A stretch of 64,000 nucleotides of DNA from Hydrolagus colliei (taxonomy: Eukaryota): NCBI GenBank assembly GCA_035084275.1, contig CM068742.1, positions 127,968,001 through 128,032,000 of the forward strand, written 5' to 3'. How positions within the stretch are numbered: the first letter of the stretch is position 1; each line of letters opens with the position of its first letter. Of this stretch, positions 24,436 to 37,009 are shown piece by piece. The translations under genes were made by a program, and so were the position numbers. The notes under the pieces were generated by a model, which worked only from the letters and a program-made list of their open reading frames with translations, did not search any database and was not told the origin of the DNA.

Positions 24436-24849
24436 ACCAGCAAGTAAATCTCATTGTTGTTCAGTGAACGTTTATGGAAGATCCCATGCATCACATGTTG
24501 TAAAATGAATGCTGTGGACGCACTTAAATAGTTGCACAGTAATTCCTACAGTTACTCTTTTTTACTTCAGCGGCATTTCATTTATATGCATTAGCTTTTT
24601 AACCCATTTTGTCACATTTGCTCAGAAACATTATTTTCCCACACAACATTTGATACTCTCAAGAGAAAAATGGTAACAATAGAAATTGTTTTAGCAGCGG
24701 GTCGCAAAATGCTCTAATCGCTGTTGATTCTAATTTTCTTTTTCGTCTCCTCTGAGCATCATGTTAATTTCCATCGTGTCTCAGGTTATGTTGCCTCCAG
24801 ATATGTGGTTAAGGCAAGACACACCTCAGAACAGGTAGCCATCTCTGGA

Positions 24850-25172
24850 GACAACAGCTTGCATTGTCAGAGATACTGTTCTTCAGGCAATTAGTGTCCC
24901 CCTCTGCCTATTCAGGTGGATGATACAGATGCCATGGCACTCCTTCAAAAGAGATTTTTTAGATTTTTCTGTTGTCTTGGCCTATGGTCTTCTAGATAAA
25001 ACTAGTCATTCACTTCATGGCTGTTGATGGGATATTGCTTTGTGCAAATTCACTGCTGATACCTTGTACAAAATAAACGGTACAATCCACATCGATATAT
25101 CCTCTCGATGTAAAATATGCTTTTTCAGATGCCTGTATTATTATCATTGTTATTATTGTTATTATTATTATT
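24850..25172 (+). mobile_element. SacSINE1-like SINE, degenerate, with (TAT)n tail
   Basis: CTGCCTATTCAGGTGGATG..AGATGCCATGGCAC; GCTGTTGATGGGATATTGCTTTGTGCAAAT. Confidence 0.6.
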
Positions 25173-25929
25173 GCCATCAGGCAACAGTGCCTGCATATCA
25201 GCAAATGGAAAGATTATTTTTATTATTGACATAAGCATCATCAGTACATTTTGCCTCGTTAATGTGACTCCAGTATTGCAAAATGTGTCAAGAGGCTGGT
25301 TGGTGAATGCAATATTTACAGCAACCTATAATACTTATTGGAAGGATGAAAGCCCCAAGTATCCACCACATTATAAATTGTAAATGTTAAATCAGTTGAC
25401 CTTTATTTGGACTAAAACTGATTATTAAAGTTAATATGGAACAACATGTAAATCTTTCTTTAAAATACTGTAGTCTTGCCCCGGCATCCAATGCCCAAAC
25501 ATACCATTCTTTTTCTTTGCTTCTTTCATTTTTCTTTGCTACTTTCTCTCTCTTTCTCGCTTAGTTTTCTTCCCGTTCCTTCCCTTGTCCTCCCTTTGCG
25601 GAGCAAAGCACACCAGAAACCAACTGTTACAATTCCCGTGGAGTTAGCAGGCCAGCAGCAAGCCTGATCTCTTTTCCACTGTCTGACTTCCTCTGACGTC
25701 TGCTGTTCAGTCTCAGAGGTGCCTGGTGCTAAAGTCACAGGAAGCTCTAAACACTGACAGGTAGCAGCAACAGCTTTCACCCTTTCATGACCAGTAAATG
25801 CTTCAGATGCAACACCAGAATTGCTGCCACCCACGAAAAACACGGACAATAGCTTAACATTACCAATTGTGCTCCCATAAACGTCGACACTTGAGAAATC
25901 CCCTGTGGTGATTGGCTATGCTGATCTCA

Positions 25930-26690
25930 GAGACACACCTCCTTGGAAACATTTTTCCAGTGCCGTCCTTCTGCATAATGCTCTTGCCCAGTTCAAATCT
26001 TACCTCACCCACTGTCTCCACTTTGTTGCCACAAAAGGCTTCTCCTCCAGCCTCCGCACTGCCATGTATAGCACCCCTCAGGGCTCTGTACTTGGCCCTC
26101 TACTTTTCATTATCCATATGCTTCACCTTACTGACATAATCCGCGGATGTGAAGTCAACTTCTACCTGTACGTGGGTAACACCCAAGTCTACCTCGCAGC
26201 CTTCACCCTCGTTCCTAGGACCACTCTTGTCCTGAAAGAATGTCTGTCAGACATCGAAGTCTTGGATGACAGCTAACTTCCTGCAGTTCCTGCAAGACTG
26301 AAGCCTTCCTGCTTGGTTCCCATCATACTTCATACCTCAGTCACCGACAGCATATCCCTTCATGAATGCACTCTACATCTCACAGAGCCAATACAGAATC
26401 TTGTTGTCCTATTTGATCCTCAGCTGTCGTTCATATCCCACATCCATGGCATGACACACTCCACAATTCTCCACCGCCGCTGTCTCACACTGCAGGCCGC
26501 CGAGACCCTCAAACACGCATCCATAATGACCAGGCTGATGATGCACACTCCCACAACTTCTTCCTCCATAAGCAGCAGATCATCCAGATGTCTACAGCTT
26601 ATGACTGCACTGGCCTCCCATCAGACAGAGGATATGGTTCAAAATCCTGGTCCTCACTTTCAATGCTCTCCATGGCTTGGGGTCGATTCC
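25930..26690 (+). mobile_element. Degenerate L2 reverse-transcriptase region
   Basis: PQGSVLGPLLFII...YVGNTQVY (decayed YADDTQ)...CLSDI; IQNLVVLFDPQLSF...AAETL. Confidence 0.85.
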
Positions 26691-27148
26691 CAATAGGGCA
26701 AAACCGTGGGCGAGTTTCCAGCCTGATACAAATATACAGTCAACTCTCTTTACAGTATATTCTGTGAAGCACTTTGAGACATCTAGAAGACATGAAATGC
26801 CAAATGCAAGCATTCTTATTGCCCAGCATGTTAGGACTCGCGACATGAACTGTAATATTGTTGTTGTTAAGCCTGGAGCGTAATTCAGCAGACTGCATGC
26901 CATTGATTTTATGTGGCTCTCAACAATTTCCAATTTCCACTCCCACCTTCCCTGGTGAACATCCTCCCATGGCAGCAGTAGGAGCCAGCGGTTGGGAGTA
27001 TGTAGTACATAAATCTTTCACTACAATCCGTCAAGAATGTAAGTGTGTCTCTTACCAACCCAGTCCTTAGCAACCAACCACCGGTTCCTGCAACCACTTA
27101 CTGATGCCCCAATGCAGGGCTGGGAGAGTGCCACATTGTCAGAGGTAG

Positions 27149-27335
27149 NNNNNNNNNNNNNNNNNNNNNNNNNNNNNNNNNNNNNNNNNNNNNNNNNNNN
27201 NNNNNNNNNNNNNNNNNNNNNNNNNNNNNNNNNNNNNNNNNNNNNNNNNNNNNNNNNNNNNNNNNNNNNNNNNNNNNNNNNNNNNNNNNNNNNNNNNNNN
27301 NNNNNNNNNNNNNNNNNNNNNNNNNNNNNNNNNNN
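27149..27335. other. Assembly gap
   Basis: Run of N. Confidence 1.
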
Positions 27336-28334
27336 TAGTATTTGGCCGACCAGCTGGCTCACACTGGGATGTTTCTCAAATAGGGAATCCAGCCCATGGC
27401 AGCCAAAAGCGATAGACCACCTTAACTGAACACCTTGGTGTTGTCCATCTTCCTCTGTAACGCTTGTATCACATATCATTTATCAGATGTCTTCTCTGTT
27501 GTCTCAGTGGCTGTGTTCTACAGGCAGCTCCACCAACTTATCAGCTACTTCATACTTCATCACGGAGTTTAGGCCCATGTGTTACTCATTTGTGCTTTTT
27601 GCGCTCTCCCTCCCTTGTGCGTGCGTGTCACATGAAGGTAACGGTGATGGTGTCTAAATCTTGTGATCTGGCCATGTGCCACTACTCGAGTGCCATCTAC
27701 TGTGCGGTATGAGTGCAGATGTCTTCCTCAGGAGCTGTCGATCTTCAAGTTTGCCTTGTGGTTCATGCATACTCAATTCAGAACATTTCATTCAAATGAC
27801 TCACAAAAAACCAAGCAACCTTGAAATGACTGGAGGATATAAACTTAAGGTTTGGGAAATCCTGTTGTATTGTGGCAATGCTTGCGAACTGGTGTTGTCA
27901 GTGAAAGGAAAATAAAGTAAATATGTGTGTAAAAATATAACCAATGGTTCAGCCTTTATTACGACATTGAGCATTTTTCAAGACCTCTTGAATTTTATAG
28001 ACAATCGCTTTTCCACTTTTCTTCTAAAACAAAATCAATATATCACTTGGGAAACTGAAGCTTTGTAGCTTTGTCAATTTCTCTTTGTCAATTCATAGCC
28101 GTCAGTGTAACATTGAGGAAGTGTTGCAGTGAATGGAGTAAGTACAGTACAGTAAATTGGAGCAAAATTTGTATCAATTGAGTGCCCAAATCAACCTAGG
28201 AACCTTAGCTACAAATTGCAATTTGAAACATGTTACTCCGTTTCAACAGCATGCTGAAGACATTATTTTACATCTTTAGAATTTTGCGATGCATAAGCAA
28301 AACTGTCAGTAAAAAAATGTTTGGGGCAAAATAC

Positions 28335-28495
28335 CCTTGACTGTTTGTGGGACACAGGTGTGCAGTTAGCTGCTGCATTTTGCCCACAAAATATACAGTC
28401 AATTCACTTTACAGTATATAGTTTTAAGCGCTTTGAGATATCTAGAAGATGTGATAAGGCGCTATATCATATTCAAAGATTATTACTATTATTAT
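28335..28495 (+). mobile_element. Deu-core SINE 3' half
   Basis: GACTGTTTGTGGGACACAGGTGTGCAG...AAGCGCTTTGAGATATCTAGAAGATGTGATAAGGCGCTATATC. Confidence 0.8.
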
Positions 28496-28959
28496 TTGAA
28501 TCATCATACTTACTATGACTTTGAATTATTGATCCTTACTTTTACTATTGAAGTCACTTTGGAGACAAGTTTTATTTCACATACTGTGCTCCAAAATGAT
28601 TTAGTACTAAGTTATCCCTGCCCAGTACATATTTGTATCACAGTGTCTGTAGTTATTTCACACTCCTGAGAACACCACAAAGTTAACGGGAAATAGATCT
28701 TGATATTGATTTTGGTATCTCTAGTCCAAAATGTTTGAAATAAAAGCTAAAGGTTGAATCCTATGCACTGAAGCACTGTTGCAGTGGTGGATCCAGCAGT
28801 TGCTTTGTTGCATTTACAGTAACAATACGGGCACAGATACACAGGAGCATATGAAACCTACTGAGGTACTAGATGTGGGTGATAAACCCGACTGAAGCTA
28901 TTAAACTCCATTGCTGCATCCTTACTCTAGCTAGCACCATTCCTCATTCTCAGACACCA

Positions 28960-29265
28960 GCAAGAAATAATTTGGATTTTTATGGTGTCTTATTACATTA
29001 AACTACTGAAACTCAAAGTACTTCACAAGTAATTACTGTCAAATGGAGTGATTGTTTTTCTTTATAAACACAGCAGGCATTTATGCCAGCAACATCCCAC
29101 AAACAGCAATAAACTCAGTGACCAGTTAATTGGTGGGAGTGTTGATAGAAGCTGTGAGATGCTCCTTTCTCTATTCAAATTGTGCCATCGGATCTTTACC
29201 ATACACCTAAACAGGCAAAGGGGACCTCGGTTTAACATTTCCTCAACAAATTATAGCACTTCACC
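28960..29265 (-). mobile_element. SacSINE1-like SINE fragment
   Basis: CAGCAACATCCCACAAACAGCAAT...GTGCCATCGGATCTTT..CACCTAAACAGGCAAAGGGGACCTCGGTTTAACAT. Confidence 0.7.
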
Positions 29266-30144
29266 CCAATTTGGAAGAAAAACAATCCAGACTTTGCTCT
29301 CTTATATCTCTGTAAGTCCCAGCCTGATTATTGATCCCAACCACTCTACTCAGTCTTCTCAAGGTACTGGCTGCTTCTCTGACATCTGAATGTCAAACTC
29401 ACTTTAACATATTAAAATGAGCATCAATTCAAAGCAATTAATGAATTGCTTTAATTTTTGATTTTTTTTAAACAAAAATAAAACATCTGTAAAACAATTT
29501 AAAGAGATCACAAAGGAAGATTTGTTTTTCTCTAGGTCAACCTGACACATTCGGACACTTATTACCATGCTTAAAGAATATCCAACCCAGAGTGAGCCTG
29601 ACCTTTCAAAATCTGCTGATGAGGCGGGCTGGCTGGCTGGTCCATCATCATCAGTGCCCTAGAGAAGTGTGGACCTGCCTGGCTCAGGAAGTTGATTACA
29701 GAGACCACCACAGAGGGTTGGCTCGATTTCGACATTCTATTGCCAGCACATCACCTTGGAGCCAGGAACACAAATGCTAATTTGGACCTGCTCCCAGATA
29801 TCCCAGGGCTCTATCAGTGACTGGGCCATTATTCCTCAGGTGCCGAAGCTGGTATTTTGGCAGCAACAATTCTATGTGTAATGGGTAATAGATGAACATT
29901 TCTGGTTAAATATACAGAGGGCATTCACTGATTATCAGCAATTTTACTGACCTCTGTAGTCATTATAATTTGATATAAGATATGTTACGTCATGATGGCA
30001 TCTCAAATTAATTCACTGGATTTACTGTAAAGCAGACTGAATGTGTGTTTGTAGGGAATCACAGCAGACAATTTTCCACATAGCAATGTCCTGTTATTAA
30101 GTGAATTACTTTTTTTTATTTTCAGGGGGATGTTGAACAGGAAC

Positions 30145-30478
30145 CCAAGTAAGGGAGAGGAGCAGGGTAAGGGGGAGGGCAGGAGAGAGTTAGGAGGGGA
30201 GGGAGAAAATTGAGAGGGCAGCAGAAGGCATGGTCAAAGAGGAGAGTCTTGAGACCGGCTTTGAAGGAGGTGAGGGAGGGAGTGAGGTGAAGGGACTGTG
30301 GGATGGAGTTCTAGAGTGTGGGGGCAGAGAGACTGAAAGCTCGTCCGCCAATGGTAGAATGGGTCGGGCAGGGGACATGGAGCAGGCCGGAGTCCGCTGA
30401 ACAGAGGAGGCAGGGAGATTCATAGGGGGACAGCATGTCGGAGAGGTAGGGGGCAAGGCTGTGAATGGCCTTGAAGGT
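30145..30478 (-). mobile_element. L2 3' fragment
   Basis: Minus-strand ORF TFKAIHSLAPYLSDMLSPYESP...HVPCPTHSTIGGRAFSLSAP; closely resembles 14430-14706. Confidence 0.9.
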
Positions 30479-30526
30479 TATCTGAAGGATGGTACATCCA
30501 ACAATGCAGCAAACCTCCAACTTAGA

Positions 30527-31518
30527 TCATTGCTGTTTGTAATCTACATCAATGATCTGGACTTGGGTGTACGGAGTACAGTTTCCAAGTTTGCAGATGA
30601 CACTAAGTTAGGGAGAATAGTAAACAGTGAGGAGGATAGTAGCCATCTGCAAGAGGATATAGACAAATTGGTAAAGTGGGCAGACACATGGCAGATGAAG
30701 TTTAATGCACAGAAGTGTGAGGTGATGCATTTTGGGAGAAGAAATGAAGGGAGGCAATATAGGCTAGATAGTACAATTTTAAATGGTGTAAAGGAACAGA
30801 GAGACCTGGGGGTTTGTGTTAGTGACTCGTTGAAGGTGGCAGGACAGGTAGACAAGGCTGTTAAGAAGGCATATGGGATACTAGGCTTTATAAATAGGGG
30901 TATAGAGTACAAAAGTCAGGAAGTGCTGACTAACCTCTATAGGACTTTGGTGAGGCCTCAGCTGGAATACTGTGTTCAATTCTGGTCACCACACTACAGA
31001 AAGGATGTGAAGGCATTGGAAAGGGTACAACGAAGATTTACTAGGATGGTGCCAGGATTGAGGGACTTCAGCTATGAGGAGAGGCTAGATAGGCTAGGGT
31101 TATTCTCTCTGGAGCAGAGAAGATTGAGGGGAGACCTAATAGAGGTTTATAAGATCATGAGGGGTTTCGACAGGGCAAATAGAGAAAAACTATTTCCACT
31201 CGTGGGTGAATCTGTGACTCGTGGTCACAGATTTAAAATAGTTTCAAGGCGCAGTAGAGGGGAGCTGAGGAGAAATTTTTTCACTCAGCGAGTTGTTCGA
31301 ATCTGGAATGCATTGCCTGAAAAGGTGGTGGAGGCTGATTCGATAACAACTTTTAAAAGGGAATTAGATCTTTATTTAGGGAGAACGGGTCTGTTAGGCT
31401 ACGGGGAGCGGGCAGGGCAGTGGGATTGAATCGCTCTTTTCAAAGAGCCGGCACAGACTAGATGGGCCGAATGGCCTCCTTTTGTGCCGTAAAATTCTAT
31501 GATTCTATGATTCTATGA
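30527..31518 (+). mobile_element. Young 5'-truncated CR1 LINE with an uninterrupted ORF2 C-terminal part
   Basis: LFVIYINDLD...SKFADDTKLG...KCEVMHFG...RPQLEYCVQFWSP...RNFFTQRVVRIWNALP, open to 31429; 3' tail (ATTCTATG)3. Confidence 0.97.
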
Positions 31519-32779
31519 TATGAGTTCCAAGTCAAAATGTGGAGCAAGAACCTGCAACCTTCTATGTCAGAGGCAAGAGTGCAACCAGCTGAAGTACATG
31601 CCAATAGCTCAGACTGACACATGCCAGTAGTTCATGCTGGGAACTTTCCAAATCAGTGGGACCTGCCGACCAGCAGAGATGTGCTTGGCTTGCAAGATTA
31701 GTGAACAGTTAGAGAATTCTTCCCTATCACTCGTTCACATTGTTGAAATGTGTGCACTTTTTTAAAATAAAGGAAGGTGTAATTAAATATTTGATCTGAC
31801 AAACTCAGAATATTACTGACAACTGGATGGATGATTAGTTTTGTATGCAAATTACACTGACACACAGTTACAAATCTCTCTCACTATGACACCGAGGTAT
31901 TTTTCATTCTTCACATTTTCCTTTTATTGTTATTTTGCGGTTGAGGACAAGGAATTTAGGGCATTGACTTGCCATGGGAGTACCTCACTGCTGCATGACA
32001 ATGATTGTGTTAGTACATCAGTGGCAGCCTCAGGGAGGCTATTTAAATTACCTAGTTGTTTCAATAGCAGGAAATGATTGTCTTAAAAAGTACATAACAG
32101 TCAGTAAAAGCTCTTCAATTCAAAAGACTTATGCTGTAATCATAAAGGTTGATCGACAGTGTAATCTATTTTGAAACAACAACTAGCATTTATATTGTGT
32201 CCTTCACACAAGATAGACCTTGCAGTGTTTAACAGTATTGTAGCATGGCTCTGAGCCAGGGTTGTACTGTTTGTCAACCACAACACAGTTTAACCTCAAT
32301 AGATCCTTTATTTCAAACTTACACTCCCTTCAACACTCTGTTCCTTTCTCAGAATTATTTTATGCTTCCTACTTGCTTCTTATTGGTCAATGTCCAATTT
32401 AACCTACAAGCAATATGCAACAAGGGGGAAGCAGGTAGATGATCAAAGGCATCATTCAGGTGTGATCTGAAGATGGGCAAGGAGAAGGCAAGGTGAGGTG
32501 ATTGAGGCAGAAAGTTTGAGAAATTCGCATCATAGTGAAAGCTGTGAATGGAGGTGACAAAATGTGCAGGACACGAGAGCCAGCTGAGCAAAGAGGTTAT
32601 AAACAGATCAGAGGTGTAGGGAAGTGTTAGGGTATGAAGTGATCTTTATGCGAGTGTGAGGGTCACTCAGATCATATAGTGGAGTCATTTTCCACATGTT
32701 CTCTAATCAGAAAATATAAATTATGAATGAGTAGGTTTCCTTCTGATGTACAATTATGAGACTGTCAATGCTTTGACAA

Positions 32780-33035
32780 GAACAACAATAAAATTATACT
32801 TGTATAGCGCCGGCAGGGCATCAAAAGGCGCTGGACAGTCAATGTTTCAGACCCGATCTGGGGTCGGATATGGGGAGGGTGGAAGGAAATGAGGGGATTT
32901 GGGGTAACCAATGGGACCATCAAAGAGGAGGGTCTTGAAGCAGGACTTGAAGGAGGTTAGGGAGGGGGCAAGATGCAGGGATGGATAGAATTCCAGAGTT
33001 TAGAGGCAGAGTAGCTGATGAATCGCCCACCAATG
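32780..33035 (-). mobile_element. L2 3' fragment
   Basis: (CAA)n tail; GGAGGGTCTTGAAGCAGGACTTGAAGGAGG...TTCCAGAG..GGCAGAG..GCTGA..TCGCCCACCAATG. Confidence 0.75.
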
Positions 33036-33328
33036 TTTTATGCCAACAGATATTCTGTTGATATTCTGATACAGTGGACTAATTTATTGAAAGCTTGGCT
33101 CTCTCCAACAAAATAGGAAGTACCTTTTCCCTTTTCTAACCCAGCGCTCAATGAACACAGACTGAACGAAATGAAATGCTTATACGTCCTGGTAATCAGC
33201 AATTTTTTCTATTGTCTCTGTATTGCTACAGATCGCTAAGCAAGCTTTGTACATGCCCACATTCATTTCAAAGAATCACAGAAACCTACGGCCCAGAAGG
33301 AGGCCATTCAGCCTCCTTCTGTTGTTAC

Positions 33329-34917
33329 TAGGGTCCGGCGATATGGAAATTTTCCGATTTAGATATATCGATGGGCTCATATCGATAGATATTTTGGGGT
33401 TTTTCGTATTGCGCATGCGCTCACGTTCCGAGGTGTGCGCGCATTCAGGGGTGCGCGCGCATTCGGGGCCTATCTCCTTAGAAGGTAAATATCTCTCTCT
33501 CTCTGTGTCTCTCACACTCACTCTCTCCATCTCTGTGCTTTTCTGTCCGTGTCTCTGTGTCTTTCTCCTCTCTCACATCNNNNNNNNNNNNNNNNNNNNN
33601 NNNNNNNNNNNNNNNNNNNNNNNNNNNNNNNNNNNNNNNNNNNNNNNNNNNNNNNNNNNNNNNNNNNNNNNNNNNNNNNNNNNNNNNNNNNNNNNNNNNN
33701 NNNNNNNNNNNNNNNNNNNNNNNNNNNNNNNNNNNNNNNNNNNNNNNNNNNNNNNNNNNNNNNNNNNNNNNNNNNNNNNNNNNNNNNNNNNNNNNNNNNN
33801 NNNNNNNNNNNNNNNNNNNNNNNNNNNNNNNNNNNNNNNNNNNNNNNNNNNNNNNNNNNNNNNNNNNNNNNNNNNNNNNNNNNNNNNNNNNNNNNNNNNN
33901 NNNNNNNNNNNNNNNNNNNNNNNNNNNNNNNNNNNNNNNNNNNNNNNNNNNNNNNNNNNNNNNNNNNNNNNNNNNNNNNNNNNNNNNNNNNNNNNNNNNN
34001 NNNNNNNNNNNNNNNNNNNNNNNNNNNNNNNNNNNNNNNNNNNNNNNNNNNNNNNNNNNNNNNNNNNNNNNNNNNNNNNNNNNNNNNNNNNNNNNNNNNN
34101 NNNNNNNNNNNNNNNNNNNNNNNNNNNNNNNNNNNNNNNNNNNNNNNNNNNNNNNNNNATCTAATCTATCATCACATCCCCCCCCGTCTCTCGCCCCCCC
34201 TTCTCTCCCCCCCGTCTCTTCCCCCTCCTCCCCGTCTCTCTCCCCACCACCCTCGTCTCTCTCCCCGTCTAACCTCCTTCACTCTGCCGTCTCCCACCCC
34301 CCGCCATCTCTTCCACCCCCACCGTCGCTCCCCACCCGTCTCTCTGCCCCCACGGCCCTCTCCCCCCCACCGTCTCTCTCCCCCCCCGTCTCTCTCACCG
34401 TCTCTCTTGCACCCACCCCCCGCCGCCGTCTCTCCCCCCACCGCCATCTCTCCCCCCCGCTGACTCTCCTCCCCCTCCCCCCGTCTCTCCCCCCCCTCCC
34501 CCCGTCTCTCCCCTTCCCTCCCACCTCTCCCCACCCCCCATCTCTCCCCCCCTTCCCCCCATCTCTCCCCCACCTCCCCCTGTCTCTCCCCCCCCTCCCC
34601 CTGTCTCTACCCCCCTCCCCCTGTCTCTCCCCTGCCTCCCCCTAATTCTCCCCCCATCCCCCCGTCTCTCCCCCCACCCCTCCCATCTCTACCCCCCCAA
34701 CCCTTGCAAACCTATATATTGTATTCGAGGACTATGAATACAATATGGCGGCTTTGCACCTCGGTCTGTGCATTGTGTATAGAGATGAGCATTCTGGTCT
34801 TGTAGTTCAGTGCGCGCACATTCCGAATTTTTCGATATTTTTTAAATGTCTATATCGGTGTATCAATATGAAAATGATATCGGATGTAACCGATATATCG
34901 TTGTTCGCCGGACCCTA
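33329..34917. mobile_element. Non-autonomous hAT-type element, copy 3 (contains assembly gap 33580-34158)
   Basis: Left TIR TAGGGTCCGGCGATAT; right end TCGCCGGACCCTA. TSD GTTGTTAC (33321-33328) / CTTGTTAC (34918-34925). Sits next to a CR1 tail remnant (33270-33315). Confidence 0.9.
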
Positions 34918-35182
34918 CTTGTTACCTATCCATCTACCAATGGAAACAGTTTTTCATATTTAAGAAAAACAATCATCCTAGCTTCTCCAGTTTCTCCATG
35001 TCCCACTTCCCTTATATCTTCTATCAACATTACAGAAATTACACTGGAAAGGTCCTAGGTACCATACCATATCTAATCTGTAAGTCCCTAAGGATGAATG
35101 TTAAATCTGTGCTGTGTTAACTGTTACAGTTGGCTTTTGGATGCCTGGGTAAAGGAGATAAAAATTGGTCCCTGCTGATTGC

Positions 35183-35891
35183 TGTAAAGATTACTTTAAT
35201 CTCATGACCCTGCGGTGAAATAAGGACAGACATCAATGTTGTGGAAAGAAAATACATGTTTATTAATTCAGATAAGCAATAGTTATAATTAATTAAAAGT
35301 TTACATCACGACAATGCTTATGTATCAATGCATAGCTCACAACAACTTATGTTGACAAAAACAAATACTGCGGGAGGGATAGAGTAGCAAAGTCTCATTT
35401 AATATCCATTTTAATACAAATATATGTCCATCAAAATGTATCCAAGTATTGTTGTATGGTTTCCAGTTTGATATCCAAAACTATCCAGGTATTGTATATT
35501 CCATCATTCGAAAGTATTTAGGTATCATAGCACGTCCAAATTCTATTATAGTATGTCCATTTCGATCTCTCCTCTTCAATTCTCTCTTCTAGGCATCAAT
35601 TCTTTCTTCTGATTCACAATTCTTTCTTCTTAGTATCAATTCTTTCTTCTGATTCTCTTCCAAATCGATCTCCATTTATACAGTTCATTAGGTGACCTTT
35701 CACCTGTTGTCGTTTGCAAGATGGTTCTTCTGCAAAAACAAAAGCAACACAACTCTCTTTCTCCATCTGCAGACAATTTCTCCATGAAAAATTACTGATA
35801 AGGACTGAAAACTGTTTTTTTGTTTTTAAACAGTCTTTTATTTCTTCTGCAAAGCTAGTCACAACCAACTTCCATCAAATGTGATGTCTCA

Positions 35892-35922
<31 letters not shown>

Positions 35923-35973
35923 TGCTACTAAAATTTTAGATATTATTCAACACATTAATTGCAGAATCTTACA
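35183..35973 (-). mobile_element. Solo-LTR-like insertion
   Basis: Termini TGTAAAGATT...AATCTTACA; 4-bp TSD TTGC (35179-35182, 35974-35977). Minus-strand TATAAA at 35675-35680 and AATAAA at 35259-35264. Confidence 0.65.
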
Positions 35974-37009
35974 TTGCTATCTAGTGACTTGACATGGATT
36001 TATCTGGACATCGGGATGAATCTGATTCATCTGCCATGGCTTTGCCGAATAACCCGCCAATATTTACTGTACATACACACATACCTTATGACCATTTGGA
36101 GAGTTCACCACAGAACTATTCTCAAGTGGGAAGGATAAAATCATCAAATGTTTTCAGGTGAGCAGAAAAGGAGGGGAGGAAATAAGTGAAGAATGCTAAA
36201 TCTTGAATGTTAGGTGATTTCAGAATGTATTCTGATCCTAATAATTAAAATCACAAGCAATCATAACAAGATAATTCAAAACTGTTCATCATGGCAGTTA
36301 GATTCTTGAATGAGAATCATTTAAATGATCATTAAGCAAAACACCTCCCAGATATCCGTTACTGGTTCACCAAATGTCTACTTCTTTTCAATTAAATATA
36401 TCTTTAAAGGCCTATGTAGTCAGTGCTTCACATTGAAATGAACAAATCTACTCCAAACTGAGATTAATTGTTTTGCACTAGTGCGCTTTGTCAATAGTCA
36501 ACTCCTGCTGCTAAATAAACAAATATGATTCCATGCCCATTGAGATTAAGTTCTGAATCAGAATCTAGTTCACAATTTATGACTATTCTAAAGTCTAATT
36601 AACAGAATTGTTATCATGCAATTCAGACTCAAATAGAACCGGTATTTTATGCAGCTTTTTACGAGTTTAGCTCCCAAGGCAAGCCTGCCTTTGGTGGAGA
36701 AACACTTGATATAATAGGCTTGATTATCACTTTCCGACACCCAGTCTGAATGAATGATGCTTGGATTAATTTTCCAGTCTGAGATGCAACCCTGTGAAGG
36801 TGCTATATAAATGCAATTTGTTGTTGTTACCTCTCCACACAGGAGATCTGACTTCTTAGTGAAAGGGCCAACACACAGTTCCTTGTTCCCTGAAATCATA
36901 AACATCATCAGAGGCTACAATCTGCCATCAGCCTCCAGTTTGGCTTTAGCAGGTACAGCATAAAAACCTAATTTAGAGCAATGTTTTACTTTAGTCCACA
37001 GAACGTAGA

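Noticed and set aside
29536-29780. Strong acceptor (TTTGTTTTTCTCTAG) followed by an open frame and a CTGATGA..TCATCAG hairpin
   Set aside because: Peptide not recognisable, no clear partner exon, hairpin weak, and no GAAA to complete a hammerhead.
30461-31429. 322-aa ORF as a host gene
   Set aside because: It is a 5'-truncated CR1 ORF2 lacking the endonuclease and most of the RT N-terminal part, with a chimeric start.
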